From positions 648-64,647 of the forward strand of contig CAZCXA010000002.1 of assembly GCA_964502565.1 (NCBI GenBank): DNA of 64,000 bases, given 5' to 3'. This document shows positions 1 through 11,243 of this stretch, in pieces. Under the pieces are notes generated by a model. The model was not told the DNA's origin and did not search any database. It was given only the letters and a program-made list of their open reading frames with translations. Made by a program: the position numbers and the translations under genes. Position 1 is the stretch's first letter, and the number at the start of each line of letters is the position of its first letter. This DNA is from an uncultured Pseudomonadales bacterium (lineage in GTDB: Bacteria; Patescibacteriota; Microgenomatia; UBA1400; PJMF01).

Positions 1-7
1 TTGTCTT

Positions 8-682
8 TTAATTTGATCGAGTTGTCTTTCGAACTTGTTGGGCATTTTTATCTCCAAAATAAGGCACTCTAACTGTCATGTTAGCTCTTAATGTTTGTAA
101 AGTGATTCTATCTTGAATATTAAAGTTTATTTCCTCAACTATAAACGCTCTACGATATTGATGTAAACCTTCCACAAAATTTTTAATTGACGGATAATCT
201 CCCATGACTTGAAAAGTAAAGTATAAATCGATTCTAGTGAGTTGATCTGTGTTAAACCCTTGAGCCTTTTTTTCCTCAGGCACGGCCGATGTTTTTAAAG
301 AACTGATGATTACTCTGTGTTCTGAGGCAATCTTTTCTACAGTCTTTAATGATCTGACCAATTCTGGCTGAGAGGTGATGGCTTGATCCAGATAGATAAT
401 TTTTTCTTTGGATTGATTAAACTCTTCTTGCGCCGTGGCTAATGAGGTTATTTTTCTTTGTAGTTGTTGATCCAGCTCTTGCTTATCATCAATCTCCTTG
501 ATCAAATCAGCAATGGTTACCAGGGTGGGACGAATAACAAAAACACCAAAAAATATAATTAAAAACAAGGATAGAAAGATCTCTAAAGAGACCTTGGTGA
601 CAGGATTTTGATAAAACTTGGTTAGGGTCGTAAGAAGTTTTTTTTGTTGCGGACTCGGCATAATTATATGATTAAGAATCAA
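8..682 (-). CDS. pilO: Type IV pilus assembly protein PilO-like (single N-terminal TM + coiled coil)
   Basis: 224-aa ORF directly downstream of the pilN-like gene. N-terminal TM helix followed by a Q/E-rich coiled coil, the PilO architecture. Assigned by architecture and context, not by a recognised motif. Confidence 0.5.
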   Translation of the reverse strand: MILNHIIMPSPQQKKLLTTLTKFYQNPVTKVSLEIFLSLFLIIFFGVFVIRPTLVTIADLIKEIDDKQELDQQLQRKITSLATAQEEFNQSKEKIIYLDQAITSQPELVRSLKTVEKIASEHRVIISSLKTSAVPEEKKAQGFNTDQLTRIDLYFTFQVMGDYPSIKNFVEGLHQYRRAFIVEEINFNIQDRITLQTLRANMTVRVPYFGDKNAQQVRKTTRSN

Positions 683-763
683 AAGATAAAAATAAAAAGC
701 ATATCTGGCGATAAAACTGGTGTGGCAAATTTTTCACTATTTAATCTTGAGTTTTTACTTTTT

Positions 764-1309
764 TTATAATTTAAACTTCACACTAAAGTTAACCGCAAAC
801 CCAGCAACATTATCCTCTGTGGTTTCAATTCTATTAACCACAATATCGTGAAAGTTTGGTGACAACTGCAGGTTGCTAATAAATAAATTTAAAGCATTAT
901 TAGAAAACGCTAAACCTTCGCCAGTGATTACTCCAGGCTGAACAGTTAAAGTATTGAGAAGAAACTCGTTGGGAACTACTTTTTGCAGTAAAGGAAAAAC
1001 CTCAACCAAGTTACTCTGCTGATCAATTTCCTGATAACTTTTAATCTTGGCTTGCGCTAAACGAAACTCACTTTCAAACTGGGACTGCGACTCGATCATC
1101 AGCTGTTTTTGATAAATTTGTTTGTTGAGATCAGTAATCCGTCGGTCAAGAATAAACCGTGAGGCAAAACTAATTATAACCATCACTTGAGTAAATATCA
1201 CGATATATCGACCCGCATTAATCGACCAACCCATGATTCTACCTAAGCTGGTTTTGAAAAAAGGATCCTGAGGAAGAAGGTTTATTTTATATTTAACAGG
1301 CTTGGGCAT
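764..1309 (-). CDS. pilN: Type IV pilus assembly protein PilN
   Basis: 181 aa. N-terminal KINLLP motif typical of PilN, then a TM helix and coiled coil. Sits upstream of the pilO-like gene. Confidence 0.6.
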   Translation of the reverse strand: MPKPVKYKINLLPQDPFFKTSLGRIMGWSINAGRYIVIFTQVMVIISFASRFILDRRITDLNKQIYQKQLMIESQSQFESEFRLAQAKIKSYQEIDQQSNLVEVFPLLQKVVPNEFLLNTLTVQPGVITGEGLAFSNNALNLFISNLQLSPNFHDIVVNRIETTEDNVAGFAVNFSVKFKL

Positions 1310-1476
1310 AGGCAGAAAAGAGTGGCTAGCATTGCTATAAGTATATCGTAGAAAAACTAAAATGTAACCTAAATGTTAAATATGTCTGTCAAGTGGTAAA
1401 AACTTAATCAAGTTCTTAACTTGGTTGTAACTTTTGAGTTATCTTTTAATTTAAAGTTTAGACTTTCGAGTTTCTC

Positions 1477-3174
1477 TTATATCTCTTCCCCATCTGAGCC
1501 TGTATCAATCCATACTTCTTTGCTTTTTGACAATAATTTTTGTCCCTTGTTAAATCTTTTTAACAAAAATGTAAACATTTTTAACTCTTTTACATCCAAT
1601 AAAACAGAAAAATAAACATAAACCAACAATCCTATGGTTGTTGTAACTACGGTTAACGCAATGAGCTCGATTGTTTTACTCGTGTCAAAAATTAACTCAT
1701 CAAAAATTCTAAAGGGTAGATAAAGAAACACTGCCATTAAAAAAGAGCAACACAGAATTTTTAACTGAACAATGATAAACTCTCGGTTAAAAAATAAATT
1801 TTTTGCTTTTTTCTCTAAAAAAATAAAAAATAAAACCGTTTCCAATATGGCGGTAACGGTTGTTGCCCAAGCAACACCGATGATTGACGTTTTTAAAACA
1901 AACACCAACAGCCATGACATTAATAGATAAATCACGGTCGAGATCGCGGTAATAATAAACGGTGTTACTGTATCTTCAAGCGCATAAAATGCCCTTATCA
2001 AAAGCTGAGACATTGCTTGCAGGCTGATAGAGATCGCAATAATTGCCAGTACTCGACTTGTCATTACTGTTGCTTGCCAAGGAAAATTTTGCGCACCAAA
2101 CACTAATCTCACGATCGGAATTCTTAAGATAAGCAGTAGCACCCCGGCAGGCATCGCTAAAAAAGCAATTTGATTAATCGATTGAGTCACCAAACCCTTA
2201 AACCTTTTTATTTGTGACAAACTTGTTTCTTCTGACAAGAACGGCAGAGATGCCTGGCTAATAGGTACTCCAAATAAGCGAACTGGAATAGCCATTAACT
2301 TTAAAGCCAACCTAATCACCACAAAACTCAAGTTGCCAATGCTAGTCGCAAAAAAACCTAAAGCCAGGTTTTTTAGCTCGCTAATACCAGTCGTCATTAC
2401 TCTGGGGGGAATTAAAGAAAAAATTTCCTTAATCCCGGGATGCTTAAAATTAAATCTAAACTGGAACTTAAAACCTAAGCGAAACACAAAAGGTAGTTGA
2501 ATGAGCATGTGCAAAAATGCTCCTAAAATAACACCTAAACCTGCAGCATAGATCCCAAACTGACCTTTAAAAAGAAAAACGCCCAAAATTATGCCAAAGT
2601 TATAAAGAATCGGAGCAATCGCTGGCACGATAAAACGTTGATATGACTGCAAAATACCAGTGAGAAAATTTGAGATAGCAAAGAAAAACTGCGCAAAAAG
2701 CATCAATCTAGTTAAGTTGGTAGCAATGCGGATTTGTTCCGCAGTAAAGGCGTTTCCTGTTCTGGCAACCGTGATCGGTTCTGAAAAAATAAATACCACT
2801 ACTGAAACCAAGGCAAACACTAACAGTAAGATATTAATAACACTGGAACTAACCTTAAAAGCTTCTTGTTCATCCTTGGCTTTATATTTAGTAAAGATTG
2901 GAATAAAAGCGGCTGATAAAGCACCGATAACAATCAACTGAAAAAGCATGTCTGGTATCTGGAAAGCTACTTGTAAAGCTTCATATGCCATGCGACTCGC
3001 CTCGGTGTTAAAAAAGGCAGAAATCAAGAACCTTTCTCTGACCAATCCAGATAAAGAAGATAAAATATTAGCCGTGGTGATAATCAAGGCAGCGGACAAG
3101 ATCGAGCTTTGCTTTTTTTCTAGCCACTTAGTATTGCGAAAAAAAATCTTGGTAATCTTTTTAAAATGAAACAT
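1477..3174 (-). CDS. murJ: Lipid II flippase MurJ (MviN family)
   Basis: 565 aa, about 14 TM segments. The N-terminal region (SILSAALIITTANILSSLSGLVRERFL...) matches the MurJ/MviN pattern. Confidence 0.8.
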   Translation of the reverse strand: MFHFKKITKIFFRNTKWLEKKQSSILSAALIITTANILSSLSGLVRERFLISAFFNTEASRMAYEALQVAFQIPDMLFQLIVIGALSAAFIPIFTKYKAKDEQEAFKVSSSVINILLLVFALVSVVVFIFSEPITVARTGNAFTAEQIRIATNLTRLMLFAQFFFAISNFLTGILQSYQRFIVPAIAPILYNFGIILGVFLFKGQFGIYAAGLGVILGAFLHMLIQLPFVFRLGFKFQFRFNFKHPGIKEIFSLIPPRVMTTGISELKNLALGFFATSIGNLSFVVIRLALKLMAIPVRLFGVPISQASLPFLSEETSLSQIKRFKGLVTQSINQIAFLAMPAGVLLLILRIPIVRLVFGAQNFPWQATVMTSRVLAIIAISISLQAMSQLLIRAFYALEDTVTPFIITAISTVIYLLMSWLLVFVLKTSIIGVAWATTVTAILETVLFFIFLEKKAKNLFFNREFIIVQLKILCCSFLMAVFLYLPFRIFDELIFDTSKTIELIALTVVTTTIGLLVYVYFSVLLDVKELKMFTFLLKRFNKGQKLLSKSKEVWIDTGSDGEEI

Positions 3175-3388
3175 AGTACATGATTAAAAATGAGCTCAAA
3201 TCATAAAATGCCTCTATAGTCGATAACTTGCAATAATTTTATTTATCAAGAACAAGAATAGCATAAGTTTCAGTACCATTATCAAGAATAAAATATAGCT
3301 TAATTATAAAAAAAACACAGCTGTAATAATAGTGTTGTCCAATGAGCTAAAAGGCTGTCTCACTCATGGTATTAACCCTTGAGCTTTG

Positions 3389-4045
3389 CTAATAGTAAGC
3401 AGAATGGAGTTGTATTTCTTCATTATCAACTATTAAATATTGAGCCAGTCCATGATCAATTAAACCTGTATTGATAAATTTATTTGCTGTATCAAGCTCG
3501 GCAGCATGGGTGTGAGCGCAGATTAAAAACTCATTTTTTCTTAATCTATTTTTTATCTTGCCCTTGATCTCTTTATTATAGACTCGATAATGAAGTTTAA
3601 TATAATTGTTTTTAAAGAGAGTTAACAACCTTCTCTCATGAGTCATGAGAGCTTTTAAAACAAATAGTGGCAGTTTTATTGGGTGAAAGATCCGATTAAA
3701 AAACGGATTAAATTGATGACCGTGAACGATAACAAAAACCAACTCACCTACATATAAACGGTGACGCATTTTTTGCTCAACAGAAAACATATTTACCCTG
3801 TCATCGCTTAAATTTTTCTTGTCATGATTGCCATAAATATAAATCGTTTGCTTGGCTTTTAATAAAGGAAACAGTTGCTTCCAGTCCGAGTTAATAAAAT
3901 CATCAAACGGAAAAAGTAAGCCTTCCCAAAAATCACCATTAATAATAACTTGATCTGCCGACTGAATAATCTCTAGCAAAAACTCAAATTTTTTTAAATC
4001 AAACCGAGGCGTTAGGTGTAGATCTGAAATTATTAAGGTTTTCAT
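3389..4045 (-). CDS. Metallophosphoesterase (calcineurin-like phosphoesterase)
   Basis: Motifs DLH (ISDLHL), GDFWEG, GNHD and a second His cluster (VHGHQ; AHTHA). Confidence 0.7.
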   Translation of the reverse strand: MKTLIISDLHLTPRFDLKKFEFLLEIIQSADQVIINGDFWEGLLFPFDDFINSDWKQLFPLLKAKQTIYIYGNHDKKNLSDDRVNMFSVEQKMRHRLYVGELVFVIVHGHQFNPFFNRIFHPIKLPLFVLKALMTHERRLLTLFKNNYIKLHYRVYNKEIKGKIKNRLRKNEFLICAHTHAAELDTANKFINTGLIDHGLAQYLIVDNEEIQLHSAYY

Positions 4046-4245
4046 AAAAAAATTTAAAACAGCGATTTAAAAGATTGCATAAAGCCACACACTCATTCAA
4101 TTTTTTCTACCAGGCAAGCGGTTGCAATTTTTACCTTTGCGTTTTGTTCTCTTGCCTAGTATAATTCAACAAATCTGTTGCTTGTTTAGATGAATACAAG
4201 CCTCTAGTATAAAACATAAAATTATTATTAACCAGTGAAAATATT

Positions 4246-4488
4246 ATGCCAATCTTGGCCAATGCAAAAAAAGCTCTGCGTGCAAGTAAGAGAAAAGCTC
4301 AAGTCAACCAAAGAGTTAAATCTCGTGTAAAAACTGCTCTTAAAAAAGTAAGCGTAGAAGCAAAAGCAAAAAACATTCAGCAAGCACAGTCAGCAATTGA
4401 TAAAGCGGTTAAAAAAAATGTTTTTCACAAAAACAAGGGTGCACGTATCAAAAGTAAGATCGCAAAAAAGTTAGAAATTAAAGAATAA
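4246..4488 (+). CDS. rpsT: 30S ribosomal protein S20
   Basis: 80-aa basic protein. N-terminus ANAKKALRASKRKAQVNQRVKS... resembles S20. Confidence 0.8.
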   Translation: MPILANAKKALRASKRKAQVNQRVKSRVKTALKKVSVEAKAKNIQQAQSAIDKAVKKNVFHKNKGARIKSKIAKKLEIKE

Positions 4489-4568
4489 ATAAGGACTTAG
4501 ATTGCTAGTAAGTGTGTAACACTTTTGCGTACACCTTTAACTTTTTTTACATTTAAACCTCTCCAGCA

Positions 4569-6362
4569 ATGTCCGCAACTCAATACAACCCCTCCCAGGT
4601 GAGAAATTTTTCCATTATTGCTCACATTGATCATGGTAAAACCACCTTAACCGATCAATTTCTTAAAATCACCAAGACCGTTTCAACCAAAGATTTAACC
4701 GAAAGAATGATGGACTCTAACCCCATTGAGCAGGAAAAAGGAGTCACCATAAAACTCGCGCCTGTACGTATAAACTATAAAAACCACATCTTAAATTTAA
4801 TTGATACACCCGGACATGTGGATTTTGGCTATGAGGTAAGTCGTTCTCTACAGGCATGTGAGGGCGCGGTTTTGCTAGTGGATGCCAGCCAAGGCGTGCA
4901 GGCCCAAACCCTAGCCAATCTTGAAAAAGCAAAGGCTCAAAACTTAAAAATTATCCCTGTCATCAACAAGATTGATCTACCAATTGCTGATATAGAAACA
5001 ACCTTGTTGGAGATGATTGATAATTTTGGCATTAAAGAAGAGGATGTAATTTTTTGCTCGGCTAAAACAGGACAAGGAGTAACCGAGATTCTAGACAAAA
5101 TCATCCAGGTCGTGCCCCCACCTCAAGATACAATTAATAAACCTTTGCGTGGCTTAATTATCACCTCTCAGTATGACAATCATCAGGGCGTGGTGGCTTA
5201 TACTCGCATTTTTGATGGGTGTCTTAACCACTCTGATGCCCTAAGTTTATTTTTTAGTCAAACCGATTTTAAACCTCTGGAGATTGGTCTTTTTACACCA
5301 AAAAAAACTCCAGTAGAGCAACTTAAGGCTGGTGAGGTCGGTTATATTGCTACTGGCTTAAAAAACATTGAGTTGGTTAAAACTGGAGACACCATCACTC
5401 ATCAAAAAACTAAAAAACAGATCAGCGCTTTACCTGGATATAAAGAGCCTACTCCCATGGTATTTATGGAACTTTATCCTGTTGATAGTAATTATTTTCA
5501 TGAACTCAACTATGCGATTGACAAGCTTAAGCTACATGATGCTGCCCTCACTTATAAGCCCACTCATTCTAAAGCTCTAGGCAACGGGCTGAGGGTTGGT
5601 TTTTTAGGCATTTTTCATGCCGAGATTGTTAGGGAAAGACTAAAACGGGAGTTTGATCAAGATTTAATTGCCACCGCGCCTTCAGTAAAATACAAGATTA
5701 AAAATAAAAAAAACGAAACTGTTATTATTGAAAATCCCGGTGAGTTACCTGATCCCAGTCAAATCGATCAAGTTTTAGAACCAATGGCGCGGTTAAAGAT
5801 CTTTACTCCAGCTAAATACTTGCCTGCGATTATTGAGTTCACCGGTCGACGACGAGGGAGACTACTAAACTCTGCCAGCAGTGGCTCTCGTTCACGGCTT
5901 GATTATCTTATTCCTCTGAGTGAACTTATCTATAATTTTCATGATAACTTAAAGTCTCTTACTTCTGGATTTGCCTCTCTTGAGTACACGCCGGTTAATT
6001 TTGAACCGGTTGAGGCGGTGAAGGTCGGTGTGTTGGTTAATAAAGAACCGGTTGAGGCGTTAAGTTTTATTGCTCTAGCTGAGGATGCTGAAGAAAGGGG
6101 TCGAAAAATTGTCCAAAAGTTAAAAGAGGTTGTGCCTCGACAAATGTTTGAGATCCCGATTCAAGCCACGATTGGTGGCAAGATTATTGCTCGTGAAACT
6201 CTTAAAGCATATCGCAAAGATGTCACTGCCAAGTTGTACGGAGGCGATGTCACCAGACGCAAAAAACTACTGGCAAAGCAGGCAAAAGGTAAGAAAAGAA
6301 TGAAACAGTTTGGAGAGGTTGAGTTAAATCAAGATGCGTTTTTAGCAGTGCTGGAAAGTTAG
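4569..6362 (+). CDS. lepA: Elongation factor 4 (LepA)
   Basis: GTP-binding motif AHIDHGKTT. LepA-specific C-terminus YGGDVTRRKKLLAKQAKGKKRMKQFGEVELNQDAFLAVL. Confidence 0.95.
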   Translation: MSATQYNPSQVRNFSIIAHIDHGKTTLTDQFLKITKTVSTKDLTERMMDSNPIEQEKGVTIKLAPVRINYKNHILNLIDTPGHVDFGYEVSRSLQACEGAVLLVDASQGVQAQTLANLEKAKAQNLKIIPVINKIDLPIADIETTLLEMIDNFGIKEEDVIFCSAKTGQGVTEILDKIIQVVPPPQDTINKPLRGLIITSQYDNHQGVVAYTRIFDGCLNHSDALSLFFSQTDFKPLEIGLFTPKKTPVEQLKAGEVGYIATGLKNIELVKTGDTITHQKTKKQISALPGYKEPTPMVFMELYPVDSNYFHELNYAIDKLKLHDAALTYKPTHSKALGNGLRVGFLGIFHAEIVRERLKREFDQDLIATAPSVKYKIKNKKNETVIIENPGELPDPSQIDQVLEPMARLKIFTPAKYLPAIIEFTGRRRGRLLNSASSGSRSRLDYLIPLSELIYNFHDNLKSLTSGFASLEYTPVNFEPVEAVKVGVLVNKEPVEALSFIALAEDAEERGRKIVQKLKEVVPRQMFEIPIQATIGGKIIARETLKAYRKDVTAKLYGGDVTRRKKLLAKQAKGKKRMKQFGEVELNQDAFLAVLES

Positions 6363-6443
6363 CAAACTAAAAAAATCAAGCAATGCTATAATAAAGTTAT
6401 CATAAAATTAAAGTTCGTCATTTTTTCATTTTAAACTCTTATC

Positions 6444-7310
6444 ATGTCCATCACTATTTTTAGCCAGGATAAACAAAAAAAACAAGACAGTAATCTGGAA
6501 GAAACGACCGAGCACGCTTCTGAAAATATCTCGAACAACACCTTTCTTGAAGAAAAAACCTTGGATGATTTTAACAGTGATACAAACATTTCTACTGAGA
6601 GAACCGATGATTCCTTACCACCCGCTGAGATTATTAAAGAAACTCTTAATCTAGAAAATGAGCTGAAAGAAACCTCTGAGGCTGAGATAAGAAACAATAT
6701 TAATAAAGCCAACAGTCTTTCCCACACTATCAAACAAGAACGCTCAACTCGTAAAAACCTAGTGTCGTTTGCTCCCAAGCCAATTAGAGCCAAGTTTGAC
6801 TCTCAAATGAAGGATGAGACGATTATCTTGATGCTTAGACAGCATCCGATTACACAACTGGGCAAAGTCCTGATTATTATCATCGGAATATTTTTCCCGA
6901 TTTTTCTTTTGACAACACATATTTTAGAATTTTTACAACTAAACTATAAAATCGCAGCAATTATAGGTTGGTTTTTATTATTATCTGGTTTTACTTTAGA
7001 AACATTCTTAAACTGGTACTTCCATGTTTTTTTTATTACCGACCGCAGAGTTATTGATGTTGATTTTGAGTCAATGATTTATAAAGATGTTTCAACAGCC
7101 AAGTTAGAAAATATTCAGGATGTAAGTTTTATTACCACCGGGACTTTAGCCTCATTGGTTGATTATGGGACAGTCTTTTTACAAACAGCTGGCTCTCAAG
7201 CTAGAATAGAGTTTGAAACTGTGCCTCATCCCGCAAAGGTGGTTAAGATTATTAATGAGTTAATTGCCCAAACAAGAAGAGGAACATATCAAAAACGAAG
7301 AATGGGTTAA
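6444..7310 (+). CDS. Membrane protein with acidic disordered N-terminus and a bacterial PH-like (YdbT/bPH_2-like) domain
   Basis: Two TM helices followed by ...FFITDRRVIDVDF...TVFLQTAG, resembling membrane-proximal bPH_2 domains. Similarity judged by eye. Confidence 0.4.
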   Translation: MSITIFSQDKQKKQDSNLEETTEHASENISNNTFLEEKTLDDFNSDTNISTERTDDSLPPAEIIKETLNLENELKETSEAEIRNNINKANSLSHTIKQERSTRKNLVSFAPKPIRAKFDSQMKDETIILMLRQHPITQLGKVLIIIIGIFFPIFLLTTHILEFLQLNYKIAAIIGWFLLLSGFTLETFLNWYFHVFFITDRRVIDVDFESMIYKDVSTAKLENIQDVSFITTGTLASLVDYGTVFLQTAGSQARIEFETVPHPAKVVKIINELIAQTRRGTYQKRRMG

Positions 7311-7416
7311 AAATATTAATCAAGCAAAAAAAACTTTTACATCATTTTATTAAAGAAGATAAAAGTGAAAAAAGCTCAGGAAATAATTTGCCGGTTTTTA
7401 ATTTTCACTACTTAAT

Positions 7417-7665
7417 ATGAACGACTTTAACTCAATCCTTGTCATTGATAACTTCGACCTCGGTAAAATTATTCACTTGGTTGAAAAGTCTTTTTTTATC
7501 ATCGGGATCTTGCTTTATCTCATTTTTGCAATCGTGGTAGTGCGCCAAATATCAATCATGAAGAAAACAATTATTACTGATCTTTTGCCCACCATTACCT
7601 TACTGGGTTTAGCTCACTTAATCCTCACCGTTATTGTGCTTGTTGGCTTTTTACTGTTTTTATAA
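7417..7665 (+). CDS. Small hypothetical membrane protein (2 TM)
   Basis: 82-aa ORF, hydrophobic, no recognisable motif. Confidence 0.3.
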   Translation: MNDFNSILVIDNFDLGKIIHLVEKSFFIIGILLYLIFAIVVVRQISIMKKTIITDLLPTITLLGLAHLILTVIVLVGFLLFL

Positions 7666-7727
7666 TTTTTTTACGGTTGAAGATCCTCACCGCTAACTAA
7701 AGCCTGCCACAAAAAAAGCGCTTTATT

Positions 7728-7841
7728 CTGGCCTCGACCTATCTTCACACTCAGTCTCCCGAGTATTATTGTCAGCGCTAAGGCGTTTCAAGACTCTGTT
7801 CGGAATGGGAAGAGTTGGTTCCACCTCGCTCCAGAGACCAG
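7728..7841 (-). rRNA. rrf: 5S ribosomal RNA
   Basis: Reverse complement contains ...CCCATTCCGAACAGAG...GTGAAACGCCTTAGCGCTGA...GGGAGACTGAGTG..., matching the 5S core. Flanked by a processing-stem inverted repeat aaaagcgctttattctgg / ccagaataaaacgctttt. Confidence 0.8.
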
Positions 7842-8285
7842 AATAAAACGCTTTTAATTTTTAAAGTGAATCTTTACATTTTACAATAGCGTCCGAAGTA
7901 AGTCTTGCTTCAGCCAGACAACAAGGTAGCTATGAAAAATGTAAAAAATGTTCACTCTGTAACAAGTGAAGAAAACAAGGCTTCAATAGAACAAGTAAAT
8001 TCAATTAAATGTGTTCAGTCGACGATTAGTACAGCTAGGCTTAGTATCTCACGATACTTACACCGGCTGTCTATCAACGTGGTGGTCTACCACGTGTCTA
8101 ATGGAGATGATTAATCTTGGAGAAGGTTTCTCGCTTAGATGCTTCCAGCGATTATCCCGTAGGAATGTAGCTACCCTGCGCTGCCCTTGACAGGGACAAC
8201 AGGAACACTAGGGATTCCCTCACTTTGGTCCTCTCGTACTGAGAGCAAAACTCCTCAATCATCTAACGCTGACGGCGGATAGAGG

Positions 8286-8325
<40 letters not shown>

Positions 8326-8382
8326 GCTTTAATTGGCGAACAGACAAACCCTTGGGACCTTCTACAGCCCCAGGATGCGATG

Positions 8383-8681
8383 CACATACTCCACTATTAC
8401 TAGCGGTGTAGACTATATCATCATCCAACTTTGTTAAAAGTTGGAGTTCGGCGTATTATAAAAAGCCTTATTTTAATCATCAAATAACTGATAATTAATG
8501 CTTTCTATCTTCGTCTTTAATCAAGATTAAAGACTCCAGTCGTTACAGGGTCAATCCAGTTAATTAAATTAATAGGACGACTTCCCACGGTATTGCCCTC
8601 AAACCCAGATTTGGTGTAGGGGTTCACCGTTATAAGCCGAATTTAGCCTTTTAGATCTCTCTAAAAGGGGCCCTTCATTTG
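8383..8681 (-). other. Candidate group I intron / IVS (299 nt, no ORF) in 23S at the E. coli ~2593 site (GGCU|CAUC)
   Basis: An AT-rich block interrupts the conserved sequence GTCGGCT|CATCGCATCCTGGGGCTG. The 5' exon ends in U and the insert ends in G, as group I introns do. Without the insert the rRNA length is normal. Confidence 0.45.
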
Positions 8682-9253
8682 AGCCGACATCGAGGTAGCA
8701 AACCACGCCGACGCTAGGGACGCTTAGGCGTGATAACTCTGTTATCCCCAGGGTAGCTTTTATCCGATAAGCCCGGCACCTTCCACAAAGTGCACGGGGA
8801 TCACTATAACCTGCTTTCGCATCTGCTTGGCTCGTATGCCTCACAGTTAAGCACCCATATGCTATTGCACTTACAGCCTGATTTCCATCCAGACTAAGGG
8901 TACCATTGCGCGCTTGCGTTACCTTTTAGCAAGCAACCTCCCCAGTTAAACTATCCACCTGACATTGTTCCTGACCAAGTTTGCATTGGCCTTAGGTTAG
9001 ATGCTCTATAGAAAACGAGTGGTATTACATTGTTGAACTATGCCCAAGGCATAACTCTCCCACCTATTCTAGACAATCTTATATAAAGCACCAGTGTCAA
9101 GCTATAGTAAAGCTCCATGGGGTCTTATTGTCCTGCCGTCAGTAGACCGCATCTTTACGGCCATTTCAATTTCACCGAGTACCAGTTCAAGACAGTATTC
9201 CGCTCGTTAAACCTTTCGTGCGCGTCACCAATTAAGTGACAAGGTACTTCGCT

Positions 9254-9673
9254 CATAAATTCTATAATTTAGAATCCGGTTGTTATTTTATATTTCTATA
9301 AAAGTATGATCGATTTACATACACTCATAGTCGCCTATGAGATCGGACTATCTCTTCTCTTAATCAAGAGCTTGACGTATAGTCTCTGAGGATTTCTAAT
9401 CAAGTTAATATCCCAACTCATGTAGGTTTTATTTAAACCTTGATGAGTCTTAAATAGATCTTTCCTTGAGTAGATCTTTCCTGCTGATTGTCTGCACTTG
9501 AGTCATTTTTACGCAAAGTTATTATTGTTAATATATGTTGCTATCTAATTTATATTGCTAAACTAAACCTCAGCTTAAGCATCTTTAGCCTAAACATCTT
9601 AAATAAATTACGTAGATCAAGATTCTCAGATTTTCCAGCATATAGTCAAGTTTTACTAAGGCAACGAGTACTT
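9254..9673 (-). other. Candidate group I intron / IVS (420 nt, no ORF) in 23S at the E. coli ~1931 site (CTAAGGU|AGCGAA)
   Basis: A roughly 60%-AT insert lies between CTATAACTGTTCTAAGGT and AGCGAAGTACCTTGTC, both conserved relative to E. coli 1915-1950. The 5' exon ends in U and the insert ends in G. The longest internal ORF is 67 aa. Confidence 0.5.
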
Positions 9674-11203
9674 ACCTTAGAACAGTTATAGTTACTGCTG
9701 CCGTTCACCGGGGCTTAAGTCGCAAGCCTTAACCGAAGTTAAAACCCGCTTCCATGACCTTCCGGCACCGGGCAGGTATCAGCCCGTATACTTCCTCTTT
9801 CGAGTTTGCACAGACCTATGTTTTTGTTAAACAGTCGACGGAACATCTTTTGCTGTGCCCATCCTCTGCTTGCGCTTTGGATGGGAGGGCATCTCTCTAG
9901 ATTACGCCCAGCTATCTTGCCGAGTTCCTTAAACTGGCTTCTCTCGCTCTCCTTGGTCTACTCGACCTGTCCACCAGTGTCGGTTTTAAGTACGAATAAA
10001 CTTGATTCTCACTGCGAAAATTTTCCAGGATGCAGAACTCACGTTTAATCAGTCGCACCGAAGTTTGACTAATCCTATAACACCTCGCTTACTTCCCTTA
10101 CGGGGGGTTTGTTCAAGCGGATTTGCCTACTTGAACTAGCTGAGTGATTTGACCAAGACTTCACATCTTGATAAACGCTATCCCGCATCGTCCTTCCCCA
10201 GTTAATAATGAATCAAGCTTAGAACCGGAATGTTGACCGGTAATCCATCGGCTACCCCTGCTTTTGCAGGGCTGACCTTAGGGTCGCCTAACCCGCACAC
10301 GACGAACGTGGGTGCGGAAACCTTGGACATTCGGAGTTGAAGATTCTCACTTCAATGACGCTACTTATGCCAGCATTCTCACTTCTGATCACTCCAGCAG
10401 CTCCTTACGGGCCACCTTCAAAGCACACAGAACGCTCCCTTACCACTCATTCTAGTAAACTAGAACGAATCCTAAGCTTCGGTTAAACATTTGAGCCTCG
10501 TTAAATTTTCGGCGCATAAATCCTACGGCTAGTGAGCTGTTACGCTTTCTTTAAAGGATGGCTGCTTCTGAGCCGACCTCCTAGTTGTCTTAGGATCTAA
10601 ACTTCCTTTACCACTAAACATTTATTTAGAGACCTTAGCTGTGGGTCTGGATTGTTGCCCTGTTTGCTCACGGAACTTAGCTTCCGCGTGCTGAGTGCCA
10701 TGCCAGAATTGATGGTATTCGGAGTTTAACTAGACGCTGGAAGTTTCCTTCCGGACGCCCGATCAGTGCTCTACCCCCATCAATCTATAACATGACCCTA
10801 TACCTAAATATATTTCGGGGAGAACCAGCTAGCTCCAGGTTCGATTAGCATATTACCCCTATCCACAATTCATCCGAGACTCTTGCAGCAGTCACCGGTG
10901 CGGCCTTTCCCACATCTTTCGATATGGTGCAGCCTGATCATGGATAGCTCACCTGGATTCGGGTCGTTGAGTAACTACTTGCGCCCTATTCAGGCACGGT
11001 TCCTGTTGTTCAAAGAACAACAAAAACACTCGCTTTCACTACGGCTACGAGATGAGAATCTCTTAGCCTAGCAGTTACCCAACACTCGCCGGCTCATTCT
11101 TCAATAGGCACGAGATTACCCGCAATCCCGCAAAGCGGGACGAGGCTTTCTCTGTTTGTTAGTAGAAAGTTTCAGATACTCTTTCATCGGGTTTTCCACC
11201 CTT

Positions 11204-11243
<40 letters not shown>

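Noticed and set aside
1421-6793. Small track ORFs 1421-1615, 2660-2941, 2948-3169, 4744-4932, 5368-5580, 6431-6793
   Set aside because: All are embedded in or antisense to well-supported genes (murJ, lepA, the bPH-like membrane protein) with no independent support.
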